A DNA stretch of 64,000 nucleotides. Origin: Lama guanicoe. Its lineage: Eukaryota. Positions 23,560 through 36,992 of this stretch are shown here, piece by piece. Every line of letters begins with the position of its first letter. Within the stretch, counting starts at the first letter, position 1. The translations under genes and the position numbers were made by a program. The stretch lies in NCBI GenBank assembly GCA_013239625.1, contig MU054400.1:913146-977145 (forward strand). The letters are read 5' to 3'. The notes beneath the pieces are model-generated. The model was not told the origin of the DNA and ran no database searches. It saw only the letters and a program-made list of their open reading frames with translations.

Positions 23560-26230
23560 ATCACAAGCAGGTTTTTGTGTGGATATCTTTTCATTCCTCT
23601 TCAGTAAAAACCTAGGGTTGGGATTGTAAAATTGTACGGTAAATGTATACTTCCACACTAGGAATGTATGAGTTCAATTTACCACTCCATCTCCACTAAT
23701 ACTTGGTACTCTCAGTTTTCTTTTAAAACCATTTTAATAGAAGAAACTACTGGTGGTAACCTACTGTGGTTAATTTGTATTTCCCCAATGACCAATAATG
23801 ATGAGCATATTTTTATGTTCTCACCCATGTATCTCCCTTTGTGAAGCATCTTTTGCTTCGTATCTTTTGCTCATATTTCATTAACTTTTAATTTTAAAAT
23901 AATCATAGATTCACAAGAAGTTATCCTTCACCCATTCTTGCGCAATGACCAGACTACATCTAATTATAGTAAAATAGCAACAACAAAAAGACATAGACAC
24001 AAAGTGTGTGCATAGTTCTATGTTAATTTTTTGTTCCAGTATTATAAATTTACCATGATAATCTTTTTTAAGTGTACAATTCATTGGCATTAAGTAATTT
24101 ACAATGTTGTATAATCATCACCACCCATTTCCACAACTTTTTCATTTTTCATTCATTTTTAATTGCTCATTTATTTTATCAAGTTGCTTATTTTGTTATT
24201 AATGAGTTGTGAGAGTTCTTTATATATTCTATATATAAGTCCCTTTTCAAACAGAAGTTTTAAATAAGTATTTCCTCCAAACCACACCTTATTCTTTCAC
24301 TTTAGTCTCTTCTGAGGAACTGTGTTTTTCTTTTGTGACTCATGCTTATCTCCTATGTGAGAAATCTTTGCCTAACCCAAGGTGGCTAAGATTTACCCTG
24401 TATTTTTTTTTTTAAGTTGTGCTTTCAGATTTCATGTGTAGAGCTATTATACACTTCTGGTTATCTTTTTATATAGAGTATAATGTATGCCACTGAACTG
24501 CCTTGAAACCTTTGTCCAAAAATCAATTAGCCTTGTATCTGTGGGTTTATTTCTAGATTTGTTATTATACAATTGATCTATCTCTACGCTTTTGCCGATT
24601 TCAAGTCTTGATTACTGTAGCTTTAGGTAACTTCTTAAAATTAACAAGCGTGAGTCTTTGAATGTTGTTAGTTTTCAAAACTGTTTGTGCTACGTTCATT
24701 CCTATACTTTTCTATAAAAATTTTGGAATCAAGTCATCAATTTACACCAAAACACCTGCTAGGATTTTTACTAAATGTGTACCGAACCTGTATCATCAAT
24801 GTGGGGAGAAATGACATGTCAATAATATTGAGTCTTCCAATTCATAAACACTGAGTACCTCCCCCTCTTTTGGGGTCATCTCTGTTACTTATCATCAAGC
24901 TATATAATTCTCAACATATAAATCTTGCACATACTGTCAGATTTACTTCATGTTTCTGTACTATCATTTATTATTCCTTCTTCAACCTCTCAAGATTTTT
25001 TTTATTGTAATACTTAATTATTCTTTATTTGGGGAGTGATTAGGTTTATTTATTTTTAGAAGAGGGCCTGGAGACTGAAGCCAGGACCTCGTGCATGCTA
25101 AGCATGTGCTCTACCACTTAAGCTATACCCTCCCCTCTCAACCTCTCAACTTTGTACTTTACTGATTTCATATTTTCCATTTTCTTTTTTTAACTGATTA
25201 AGATTTTATTCTATACTTTACATTTTCATAGGCAGAAATCTTATCTTACATATTATTAGACTTCTTAGGTATCTTGACTTTTCCATTTTCTCTTTGTTGA
25301 TGGTTTACAGAAAATTACCTGTTAACTGAACTACCTAGCACCTTATTAATTTTAATAATTAATCTATATTCTTTTACATTATTGCCGAAATGACAGGTTT
25401 CTTCCTCCCTTTCCAATCCTTTTCTTTTTCATTCCTTAATTCAATGGTTAGGACCTCTGATACAGTGGTGAATAGAAATAATAAGAGTAATTCTCCTGTT
25501 TCTCTTCAGTTCAACTATATCTTTTCCCTTTTATTAAAAAAAAAAAGTAATAGTAGTGAGAGTAAACCCCTTGACTTTGCTACAGAGGAACAACATTCTA
25601 TAAATTACTACTAACTGTAATGTTTGCTGTAACTTTTGCAGCAATCAGGAGTGGATGTTGGGTTTTGTCAAATGCCTTTCCTTACTGAAATTATAAGAAT
25701 TTTCTCTTTTATTCTGCTAAAGGAGTGAATGATACTCACCTTTGTTACTGAGATATAACTCACATAGCATAAAATCTATCCTTTGAAGGCACAGTTAGTT
25801 TTTAGTATATTCACAAGTTGTACAACAATCACAACTATCTATTCCAGGACATTTTCATCACTCCAAAACACCTTGAACCCATTAGTAGTCACTCCCAGTT
25901 TCTCCCAAACATTCCCAGCCTCAGCAACCACCAATTTACATCTGTCTCTTATGTATTTGCCTAATGTAGAAAATTTTATCTATCTACTCATCCACTGAAA
26001 GACATCTGGGTTTTATATTAACCTATTTCTTCCATTCTATTGGGTATATATCTAGGAATTGTTTGATTTTTTTTAATGTTATACTTGAATACCAAGTATA
26101 AATTTTAACATGGCCATCATATACTATCCTTTTTCTAGTTTACTGAATTCTGTTTTTTTAATATTTTGGCTTAAATTTTTTATATACGTGTTGAAGAGTG
26201 AGATTAATCTGTAATTTCAAATGTTAGCAA
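23560..26230 (-). mobile_element. Fragmented, nested old LINE-1 sequence
   Basis: T-rich antisense L1 text (ttgtatttccccaatgaccaataatgatgagcat, cttgattactgtagcttt, gagtggatgttgggttttgtcaaatgcc); interrupted by a SINE and other inserts; boundaries approximate. Confidence 0.75.
25020..25136 (-). mobile_element. tRNA-derived SINE (Vic-1-like) nested in L1
   Basis: Same body; repeated TCAACCTCTCAA on both flanks. Confidence 0.82.
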
Positions 26231-26255
26231 AAAAATTATTGACAAAGCATCTTTC

Positions 26256-26419
26256 TTTTTTTTTTTTTTAAATGCAGCCCCCGCTACCACAAATTATGCA
26301 GTTGAGTTTCCCACATTTGGGGAAACTGCAGGGGTCAGTACATCCAGAGTGCAATGGATGAGCCTCGCCCTGGGAAAACCACCTTAGTGTTCATGGTATC
26401 TCCCCTCTCAGGTAAGTAT
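26256..26419 (-). pseudogene. Retroposed U1 snRNA pseudogene, about 147 nt of U1 plus poly(A), 3'-truncated
   Basis: Minus strand starts ATACTTACCTG..GGGAGATACCATG..GGTGGTTTTCCCAGGGCGAGGC..ATCCATTGCACTC..Sm site AATTTGTGG, then an A tail. Flanked by GACAAAGCATC (26241) and GACAAAGAATC (26420) as target-site duplication. Confidence 0.95.
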
Positions 26420-27291
26420 GACAAAGAATCCTTTTATGATTTTTAATAGCTGTAGCATGAATTAATTATAATTATAATCTATTATCAAGATTCCTTTTCT
26501 TATTCCTACAATCAACTATATCTGTTTCTTCTCCTTGCCTTTATCAGTCTCACAATAAGCTTATCAATTTCACTAGTCTTTTCAAACTACAATTTTTATA
26601 ACTTTTGTTGGTCCTCTCTATAGTATCTTTAATTTCTAGTTCACTGATTGTGCTTCTGTGATGGTGACACTGTCTTTTTTAGATATTTATTGAGCTATAT
26701 CTTTGTATTTTGGGTTATAATTTATGAAGTGTCAAATTCTGTTTTATAAATATAATCACAACAATTAATATATACTATCATGAACAAATCCTCAAAAGAG
26801 CTCTATTAAATAAGCCAATTAACAAGGATTCATCCATGAATTTCAGGGAAAAAAAATAATCCTAAAATTACAAGATACAAAAAAGTCTGCAAAAGCAATT
26901 GCTGCCCCAAAGCTATCTCTCATCATCTACCTCTTTCGTCTGGCTAAATTTGTGTCCACTGTTAGGAATGGTAAGTACTTTCTGTTTCCAGTCTTCCACT
27001 AAGAAATTCTATATATCCCTGACACACTGAGAGTTGAGTGTGGGTTTGTACTGACTTACACACATAGAATACAGCCTCTTCCTCAGAGTGAGAAAGGGAA
27101 AAATCATATACCTTATCATCAATGAGATTTATAAATGAGAGACTTCGGAGGTTAAGAACCAACTAACAGTAGTCTCAGAGATAGGACAGCTGCTTGTTTT
27201 TCACTTCTCTCCATCAACGTTCTTTGATGTCATCTCTGTAAGTTAAGAGCTCAAACATTAAAACTCATCTCTGGCGAGAACAGACACTTAC

Positions 27292-27395
27292 CAGTTCCCT
27301 CATCCGCACCATTCTGAGCAGCTTCCCAAACTACCGGTTTTGTCCCACACCCATCTATAGATGGAGAATCTGAATAGTCCGCAGGATTAAATGTC
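27292..27395 (-). CDS. UBAP2: UBAP2 exon 8, GTFNPADYSDSPSIDGCGTKPVVWEAAQNGADEGT
   Basis: ccaag| and |gtaagt; 104 nt, phase 2-1; conserved TFNPADY motif. Confidence 0.96.
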
Positions 27396-28554
27396 CTTGG
27401 TTTGAAATAAATAAAGAATAAATGCAAATGAAGCAATCACCAAAGTCACAGAATTAACTGTACATCATCTTCCCAGAAACAACCCCTAAGAACCAATGTA
27501 AGAAATTTCACCCCACCACCCCTTCTCCTATTTAGTTACAGTCAATTCTTCTAGCCATCAGAATGCAGATCTTCTGAAAAGCAGAAGCTGCCTAGGGATC
27601 TTCCATATACTCTTGTGTGCTGCCCCTACTTCCCCCTAAACTGTTGTCCTCTGCATCCTAAAGCAGGTGTGGAGACCTGTAACAGTTCGAGGCAGGTTAA
27701 GGGCTCTAATGAAAAGCCCCTCGCCCCACTCCCCACCAAAAACCAAGTCTAGACTTAAACAGGCAACAGGTCTTTTCTTTCCAAGTCAGAATTCAAGTTT
27801 GGCTTTGAACCTTTTAAAATAGAAGAATATAATCCTTTTTGTTTAGAAATAATAATACAGATAAAAAGAAAACATTTTGTTTGGGACCTCTCTTTTTAAT
27901 TAAAATCCTAAATACCCATGATTCAGAAGTCTAACTCGAGCCAAATTAAATACCATGCCTAAAATTTTTACAACAGAATTTAAAAAAAAAAATGCAGTAT
28001 TATTGGGGTATCACTGACAAATAAAAGAATCACAAAAGAATTTTTTTTAATTAACAGCAAAATACACAAATAGTTTAAAGCTACTGGGTTGGGTTTACAT
28101 GTTTAAATGTTCTGGCAAGTTTGCTTCCTGTGTTTTCATCTTCCCTTTGTCCACAGGGAGTTCACGCAGAAAAAACAGAGATGGCAGGAATCACCATCTG
28201 AAGGCAGTGACACCCAACAGTGGTGCCCTGATAGATACAGAGAGATAAAGGGCTTTTCCTGGAACTAATTCCTTTCTTTTCCTTTCCTTTCCTGACGGTC
28301 ATCTACTTATGGCCTTTGTAAGATATTTAAAAACTTTTAATCAAAATCCAGGGGGAGCTAATGTTTTGAATAACAGCAAAAAGTGAAAGAACAACCAGAA
28401 ATAATGAATAAATAACTATATAACCTATTTAATAATGATATACTTATTCTTCACTATTACAATTCAGGGTAAAAACGATCACTTTTCACAAATAAACATT
28501 GCATTTACTTACCATTCAAAGACAATTGCTGGATTTACCAACATAACTCTTAGG

Positions 28555-28778
28555 CAATGGTTTTCAACTGGGGTGGTTGTGCACCTCCCTCCCAGGGAAC
28601 ATTTGGCGAGGTCTGGAGACATTTTTGATTGTCACAACTTGAGGAGGGGTGCAACTGGCATCTAATAGGGAGAGGCCAGGGATGTTGCTAAACATCCTAT
28701 AATGTCAAGGGAACCCCACCACCTGAACAAACTATTATCCAATCCAAAATATCAATAGATCTGGGGCTAGAAATTCTG
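28555..28778 (+). mobile_element. MER20 hAT-Charlie DNA transposon, near full length
   Basis: caatggttttcaac..cagggaacatttggc..gtctggagacatttttgattgtcacaact..gaggccagggatgttgctaaacatcct; 8-bp flanks CTCTTAGG and CTCTAGGG. Confidence 0.88.
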
Positions 28779-28957
28779 CTCTAGGGCTTACTGCAATACA
28801 ATTTTATTTATGCTATTTTGCTTTTACAATATTTTCTCTTTAAGCATAGAAAATATCTGACTCACCAGGATAAATAAATTGAGTATAAGACAGAGGAAGG
28901 AAAACAGTAACAACCAGAGAAGGTAGCAACTTCAAAAATAGGATGGTTAAGACTTAC

Positions 28958-29012
28958 CCCATGCCTTGGGTTGAGAATCTTCCTGCCCCTCTCCCTCTGC
29001 CACGTCCAAATC
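28958..29012 (-). CDS. UBAP2: UBAP2 exon 7, GFGRGRGRGAGRFSTQGM
   Basis: attgaaag| and |gtaagt; 55 nt, phase 1-2; RG repeats. Confidence 0.96.
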
Positions 29013-29519
29013 CTTTCAATTAAAAAAAAAAAGTGTAAATGGTATTTACGTCCTTCACAACTATAATTCTACCAACTTCATCCAATATACACCACTACCC
29101 AACTACCCAAACATTACTGTCACTGTTCCCAACAGCATCAACATCCCCAACAGTGCACCCAATCTGCTGGTCTCTAATGACACGAATACCTATAGTTACT
29201 GATTTCAAAGTATAAGAAAGAATTTAGTTTTGCTTGTATGATATTTATCGTATGTAGCAGCTTAACATGGGCAGGTTATACTTAAAAATATATTCTAGGT
29301 CTTTTTAAATCAACTGGTGCAAACAGCATGACATCATAAGCGTCTACTAAAAAACAAAATGAGAACCAAAAAGAAGAAAACGCTAAGTAAACTGAAGGTA
29401 CTATCATATACCATTTTTAATACTAGGACTTTTAACCAATGACCAAAATGGCAGTAAATAAGAGAGCAGACAAACAACAAGAAGAAATAGTTTTATTCAA
29501 CAACTCTCCAGTTTTTCTT

Positions 29520-30440
29520 AATCAAATCCTAAAGTTTGAAGTAAAGACTGAAATGCAAGAGCTAAAACTATACAACTCTTAGAAGAAAATATAGAGCATA
29601 ACCTTCACAACACTAAATTTGGTAATGATTTCTTGGATATAACACCAAAGACACAGGCAAGAAAAGGGAAAAGAGATATTAAACTGATGCATCAAAAGAT
29701 ACGAACAGAGTAAAAAGGCAACCTAAGAATATCTGCACATCATTCATTTGATAAGAGAGTAACATCAAGAATACATAAATAAATTCTACAACTCAACAAC
29801 AATCGGATTCAAAAATAGACAAGGGGCTTAAATAGACATTTCTCCAAAAAAGATATACAAATGGCCAATAAGCATATGAAGAGACTCTCAACATCACTAA
29901 TCATTACGGAAACCTGGCACTCATTACAGTGGAGAGAGAGAGAATAGAAAATAAGTGGTGGCAAGAATGCAGAGAAATTGAAGCCTTTGTGCATTATTTG
30001 AGGGGAATGTAAAATGCAATGTGGAAAACAGTATGGCAATTCCACTCTCCACCCCCTCCAAAAAAAAAAAGAATTATCATATGATTCTGCTATTCCACCT
30101 GTGGGTATATACCCAAGAAAATTCAAAAGTGGGGTCTTGAAGAGATATTTGTACACCCATGTTCATATTCATAGCAGACTTACTCACAATAGACAAGACA
30201 GAATCAATTCAAGTGTCCATCAATGAATGAATGGATAAATAAAACGTGGCATATACATAAAGTGTAATATTATTCAGCCTTAAAAAGGAAGGAAATTCTG
30301 ACGCATGTTACAACATGGATGAACCTTAAGGACGTTTTGCTAATTGAAACAGACCAGTCACAAAAAGACAAGTATTTCATGATTCCACTTATATGACGTT
30401 ACCTAAGAGTAGTCAAATTTAGAGAAAGGAGGTTGCCAGG
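29520..30440 (+). mobile_element. LINE-1 (L1MA/MB-type) ORF2 C-terminus and 3'UTR, degraded
   Basis: agacatttctccaaaaaagatatacaaatggccaataagcatatgaa, tattattcagccttaaaaaggaaggaaattctg, caacatggatgaaccttaagg. Confidence 0.88.
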
Positions 30441-30629
30441 GGATATATTAGCTATGCTAACGTAACTAAATGTATATTTAATCATGTATAACTAACTTAT
30501 CCAGTAGTTCAAGTTAAACTATTAACATGGTCTTGACAAAAATCTACCCTATTTCTAGAGACAGGAAAACAGAAGGAAATGTCTTTAAAAGTGGAGGAAC
30601 CCAATCTAAAAAAAAAAAAAAACACACAC

Positions 30630-30955
30630 AAAAACAAACGAACTTATTTATAAAACAGAAACAGACTCACAGACATAGAAAACAAACTAATGGTTACTGG
30701 GTGGGGTGAAGGGGTTGGAAGGGATAAATTGGGAGTTCAAGATTTGTAGACACTAACAAATATATATAAAATAGATAAACAACAAGTTCATACTGTATAG
30801 CACATGGAACAATATTCAATATCTTGTAGTAACATGGTGAAAAAGAATACAAAAACATATGTATGTTCATGTATGACTGAAGCACTGTGCTGTACACCAG
30901 AAATTGACACAACATTGTAAACTGACTATATTTCAACAAAAAAATATATAAAAGT
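30630..30955 (+). mobile_element. Cetartiodactyl-type L1 3' end; similar fragments at about 18920-19140, 47215-47400, 53255-53410 and 54250-54590
   Basis: aaacagaaacagactcacagacatagaaaacaaac..gggataaattgggagtt..ctgtatagcaca..cacaacattgtaaactgactata. Confidence 0.82.
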
Positions 30956-31109
30956 GGAAGAATCCTAATCATGCATATCAGGGGCTACTGTCTATTTCAA
31001 CACTGTCAAAAGGCAAAGGTTCACCATGGCCTACAGAAAGGTCAGAAACTCGGGTTTAAAAAAAAAAAAAAAACTAGCTCTAAGAAGAAAGCTTTCCCCC
31101 ACCTCTTTC

Positions 31110-31187
31110 CAAATGGAGGTACTGGGAATTGAACCAAGTACCTCACACAAGCTCAGCATGCGCTCTACCAACCGAGCAATACCCCCA
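31110..31187 (-). mobile_element. tRNA-derived SINE (Vic-1-like)
   Basis: ggaggtactgggaattgaacc..gcatgcgctctacc; AGAAAGCTTT repeated on both flanks. Confidence 0.8.
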
Positions 31188-34100
31188 GGAAGAAAGCTTT
31201 CAATGTACAAGTTTTGGCAAGACTACAACCCAAAATTTATGAATAAAGTAATTTAATCTTAAAGTTAGGGGGCAGGGGAATCACACAAGAAAACCAGTTC
31301 TCAGGATACATAATACTTAACTGTAAAAAAACAAACAGACTTTGGTATACCCATGCAATGGAGTATTATTTGGCTATAAAAAGAACTGAAGGACTGATAT
31401 ATGCTGGAACACTGTGCTGATATATGGCATAACACTGATGAACTTTTAAAACATTAAGCTAGGTCAATGAAGCCAGTCACAAAAGAGCACATACTGCAAG
31501 ATTCCATCTGCATGTTATGTCCAGAACAGGCAAGTCTATAGAGACAGAAAGTAGATTACTACTTGTTTACTTCTGAGGTGAGGTGGGGTGATGAGGAAGA
31601 TGGAGGAACTGGGAATTGACAGTTAAAGGGTACAGCGTTTTCTTTGTGAAAGGTGATGGAAATTCTGAAATTGATTATGGTGATGGTTACATAATTCTAT
31701 AAATATACTAACATACACTGAATTATAAATTTAAATGAGTGAATTATAATATGTAAATTACATCAAGAATTTTTTGGCTATTATAAACACTGTTATCAAT
31801 GAAGAAAGCAAAAGAAAAACACAACTTCTCTTAATATGTGGGTTCACGTGCACCCATTCAGTGGCATACTGTGTGACAAATGGCACCAACCACGGTTAAA
31901 TATTAAGAATTTGTGGCAAATTCTTAAGAGATTCTGCTAAGAAATCATTAAAAAATATTTAACACTTGAGCCAGAAAGTAGGATGCGCATGAAACAAGAG
32001 AAAGGAATTTATAAAAGAAAAACATACCTTACGACCCAAAATTCAAGAAATCCTTCAAGTTCCCTGGAAAAAGTCAGGATCAACTACCTATCTCCATGTC
32101 TCCAGAGGGCAGTAGCTGCACCCAAGTATGAAACAAAAACAAGCCAAATATCTTCAGATTTTTAAAAAATCGAGCACATCTTCATGTAAATTTTAGCAAG
32201 ATAACAAAATTGTTCTTTCCTATTCACCAGGCTACTAGTAATATTGTTTTCTCTGTATATACCATTCCCCTACACTGTTACCTGTTACAGATAACTGCTT
32301 TCATCTAAAAGCAGAATAAAGACTTGGGATCTTTTAATAAAGAAATACAAGATTAAAGGAGATGATCATAAAGAATAAACCAATGTTATGATAAATGCTA
32401 TACCTTTACTCAGAAAGGTCTCTCTAGGAACTCTGTACTACATCTATGTTGAATTAATTGCTCAAGCTTTTAATGTTCCACATATATGTCTTACACTGAG
32501 AGCCAGAGTAGGAAAGATGCTCATTTCCCATGAAAAAAGCCGAAACTCAATAAACAGCTAACTACCTCTGGTGGGGGGAAATCCTAGTAACAGACCTCTA
32601 GAGCTGAACATGTGTAACCTAAAGAAAAGTGAGTAGGGAGAGTGATTCTAATCTAAGACAGAAAGCAACCCCTTACCATCATCCCCAGGAGACTCTAAGG
32701 AGGGCACTGATAACAGCTAAAAGTGCCAGTAGCTGTGTGCTCCCGAATTTATCACTGCACACTCTGGGTCATGAAATTAAAGATCTTTATGTTCCTGACT
32801 AGTTCTAAAGTTCTTCGTTTAGGCAAAAGTCCCCAGATTTTCCAGGTTGGTCCAGTGATAAAGATGGTTGCTGTGCTGACTATGAGCAGCCCAACGTCCC
32901 AGAGGCCTGTTCAGCACTCACAGAGAGCAGGGCATCTCTCCGGTGCTTGTGTCACTGGGAGACTTAGGAGTTGGGCAAGTTGTGTCTTTCTGTCCCCAGG
33001 TCAGAGTATATCCACAAAGAGACAGGAATATGCCTTCCCCAACCCCAAAGCAGAATAATGAGTTACATGACAATAGCAAAATGCCCCTGGGATTCACAGA
33101 GGAACAAAGCATAGAGTCTACACTCATATCCCTCTTTTTAGCTTTTCTTCAGCTGGTCTGATTATAAATGTGTCAATTATTTCAAGAAAGAATTAATGGA
33201 TTCTAACATGAATGAGTAAAAGTCTGATGGGGAAAAAGGTTATTTAAACAGTCTCAGAATACTGCCCCCCCCAAAATATGTATTAATTACAAAGGAGGGA
33301 GTAATCTTCCTTAAGAAAGCAAACCTAACATCACTAGCAATAGGACAAAACTGTATTGTGTACCCTCCAATATGATGTACTGAGGAGGACAGCTGTTCTC
33401 ATTCTGCGGCATTCCTGCCAAAAGCAGACAACATGAATCTAATCATGAGGAAACTTCTCAGATTGTTAATGAAGGACATTTCTACACAAGAGTCCACATG
33501 CATCCAAAGGGCCGAGGCCATGAAAGACAAAGACTATTCCAGATCAATGAACTGTTCTGGATTGAAGGACACTGAAAGAGACAATGGGAACTAAACACAG
33601 TGTGTGATCCTGGATTAGAACCTGAACCAGATTATCTTTTAAGCTTATAAAGAACATTAGCAGGATAACTGGAAATGTTTAAATAAGGCCTGTACATTGT
33701 ATCAATAGTAATTTCTTGATTTTATCATTTAAGGTAGCTCTGTGAGAGAATATATTTTTAGGAGTTACACGCTAAAATATTAAGGGGTAAAATGGCATGT
33801 TTGAAATTTATATGCAAAGGTTTCAGAAAAAAATAATGTACATACAGAGAGAAAAATGATAAAGCAAATGTAGTAAAATATTAAAGTTTGGGGATTTTGT
33901 AAACATCATGTAAAATTCTGCTGTATTTTTTTTATTTCAAAGTAAAATGTTAAAGCCACACCCTGAGCACGTCTGTGTATATTTCATATTCCAGTAAGTA
34001 CTACTTATTCTGTGAAAAATCCAAGTTGCTTTCCATGTTTACCCTAGCTAAGATGTTCCTTCTCCACAGAACGTTTCTACACAGATTTTCATATGCTTTC

Positions 34101-36914
34101 TTCCTCCTCACCTTAAATCCATCTCCTCAGAAACTTCCCTAGGTCAACCTAAAGGAGACCCTACTGACAACTGACTGCACCACCAATCATTTTCTTAAGT
34201 GAACAGTGCTTTACTTGACTGTCTCTTCTCCTTCCACTGAGGATGTAAGGGATCACATCTTATCTGCAGTGGTATCTTCAACAATCTAACAAGTACCTAA
34301 ATATCAGTTGTTGCATTTAATGCTGATATGTAACCTCAATTTCATAAACATGGACTCTTTTAGGGGCGTAATAATGTCACTATTCAATTACCAAAAATAA
34401 CATAGCTGTTTAGCAACTAATTTAAGAGCACTACATTTTGTAAAATACTTTTTATACCAGGACCCGAGAAGGCATTGCAGAAAATTCAAAAATTAAAACT
34501 AGAATGTTAGCACATGGCAGTGCTCAACAATTACTTTTCAATTATATTATATAGGCCATACTCACAGATCATTTAGTTTTCAAAGTAGAAGAGCTTTTGG
34601 GTGGCTAAATACAAAACAGTGAAGTATGTTAAGGTAAGGAGTGAGAAAGCTTTGGTAGTTATTTTTCACGCATTATTTTTCTTCCATTCAAAAGGAAATC
34701 ACTCCCCTGCAACCTCAAGTATTATTATCTTACCAGACTCAATCACACCAAAAGACAAAAACAATACACACATGATGCCAAACCATGCATCAATTAACAA
34801 GGTTAAGAAACTCATAGGAATAAAAGCGGAGAGTGGCTTGACTGTAACTTCTTACACAACAGTAAACAGTTTCATCCTGGAACACAGAATTATACTTAAT
34901 TTTTTACTAACTAGCATGGCACATGACAAAGAACTTTACCTAGAATACTCCAAATCTCACAGATTTGTAACATGATTTCAATATAAACTCAGGATTAAGT
35001 GAGTACTACTCAGGAACTCTTCCAGTTATGCAGTAGATACGGAATTTGGCCGTTATTTATGAAGTGTTTTGCACACAAAACCCAGTATCATTTGATGGCC
35101 AAGTACCTCTGAATGGTCAACATTTATAAAGTTCCAAAGGTTTTTGCACCAACTACCAGGTACACTTTCCAAAAAGCAAAGACCAGGACACTGAATACCG
35201 CCTGGCACAACTCCAGTTCTCCTCTGAAGGGGCTATTGTTTTCTCACAAAAACACACATCTCACAAGATACCCTTCTGCAAACTTTAAATGAAAAATTAT
35301 CAGTGTCACGCTGATTCTTACTCCTCTGAATACAGAGAAGACATTCAGGGAAAGGTATACAAAAATTGGCATATAAAAGGAACTTAATTTTACTTCATTT
35401 GCAACAGTTTCTACTTTTCATACTGTAAAATATACTCCCATTTTATTTGTATGATTTTAATGTAATACAGATATTAAATTCTTAATATAAATTACCCTCA
35501 AACTATATATTAGCATATTAAATTCATGCTATTTCATAATACTTTTTAAGCCAACACTGTGTAGATAAGGAGGAAAGGGGCAATTTTACTAAAATTAAAA
35601 TTAAGGAAAGGGGCAATTCAGTAAAATTTAACATTTTAGCTAATTTAATCACAAGTGTAGATTAGTGTTCAGAGGGACAGTCAGCAACACGTGCCCACAA
35701 GTATGGTCAAAATGTATAGTGTATGTAAGGTAAATAGTAATGCATAAATTTTGTTTGGATCCTGATTCAAAGAAATCAATTATGAAAAGACATAAATAAC
35801 GAGAGAAATTTATGTATAGATTAAGTATTAGATAAAAAAGTTAAGTGTGAAAATAAGCATTATGTTTACATGTGAAAGCATCTACATTTTTCAGGTGTTT
35901 CCTACAGTAATTAGGAGTAAACTGACCCCAAAAATCTACTTTAAATTATTTCTGCAGCAAGAAAGGGAGAAAAGAGATATAAAGCATAAATGGCTAAAAT
36001 CCTTAAGCGTTACTGATTAAACATGAAGGGACACAGGGTTCGTTTAAATATTGTCTCCACTTTTCTCTATGTTTGAAATTCATCACAATAAAAAAAAGGC
36101 TAGAAAAGGGAATTATAACTAAAATCTGTTAGAAAATTACAATCTTATTTTTCACTGTGCCTGGCAAATTAGTACATAATTTTGCCCTTTTCTGATCTCT
36201 GAAAATCATTTACCTTTGGCCCATATAGAAGTTTAGTAAATGACAGCCTGATGAACAGCCAAGGAAGTCGACAGTATATGTACCACCTGCATTATTTCTA
36301 CCCTTAATATTTCTGATTAAAAAAAATTCGGCCCCAAACACTCAGCTGGAGAACATTCACAACTGCATTCAACAACGTATCAAACAAAACGTCAGTTAAT
36401 TCAGGTAGCTTCTCCACTGAACCCAAACAAGGTCTGCCTATACATCAGGTATCTTGATTTAGTAACTGTGAGGAAATTCACTTACAACTCTAAAGTATGT
36501 GGAACTACATTCTTGAAGAGGCATCCGAAATTAATAATTGTTAAGAAATGATCACAAACAGAAACACTGGGCATGGTAATCAAGGGGCAAATAATTTTAA
36601 TCTTAAAACCATTTATCACATGGGTAAAACACAGATGTTAAAGTCCAATATAGGAGAATTTAATAATGACTTTTTGGTCAGAGCTTCAAGTTTTAAAGTA
36701 TACCTATAAAGGGCCTTCTCCGCTCATTTGAAAACCACCTAGGTTTCCTCAAAATTACATAATCCAAAAACACTTCATTCATAGGCATCAGCAAAGGAAT
36801 CAAAAGATTTCAGATCAATCATTCTTTCAGAGTACACTGCCGTGACCTGGTGCTCTAAGTGCATCCGGCCTCCTTCCCATCACAAGCATCACCTTCTCCC
36901 TTATTCTGTCTTAC

Positions 36915-36992
36915 CTCTACCACGAGCTCGCTTTCCACGGTCTGAAGGCTTGTCCCCTTGATTGCAGTCAATTCCATTCTCTTCACCCCTAA
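36915..36992 (-). CDS. UBAP2: UBAP2 exon 6, FRGEENGIDCNQGDKPSDRGKRARGR
   Basis: ttccttag| and |gtaaga; 78 nt, phase 1-1. Confidence 0.96.

Noticed and set aside
28507..28560. Strong minus-strand ATG|GTAAGT donor beside MER20, suggesting exonisation
   Set aside because: No convincing upstream acceptor with a pyrimidine tract.
29809..30226. ORFs of 115 and 70 aa
   Set aside because: Sense and antisense translations of degraded L1 sequence.
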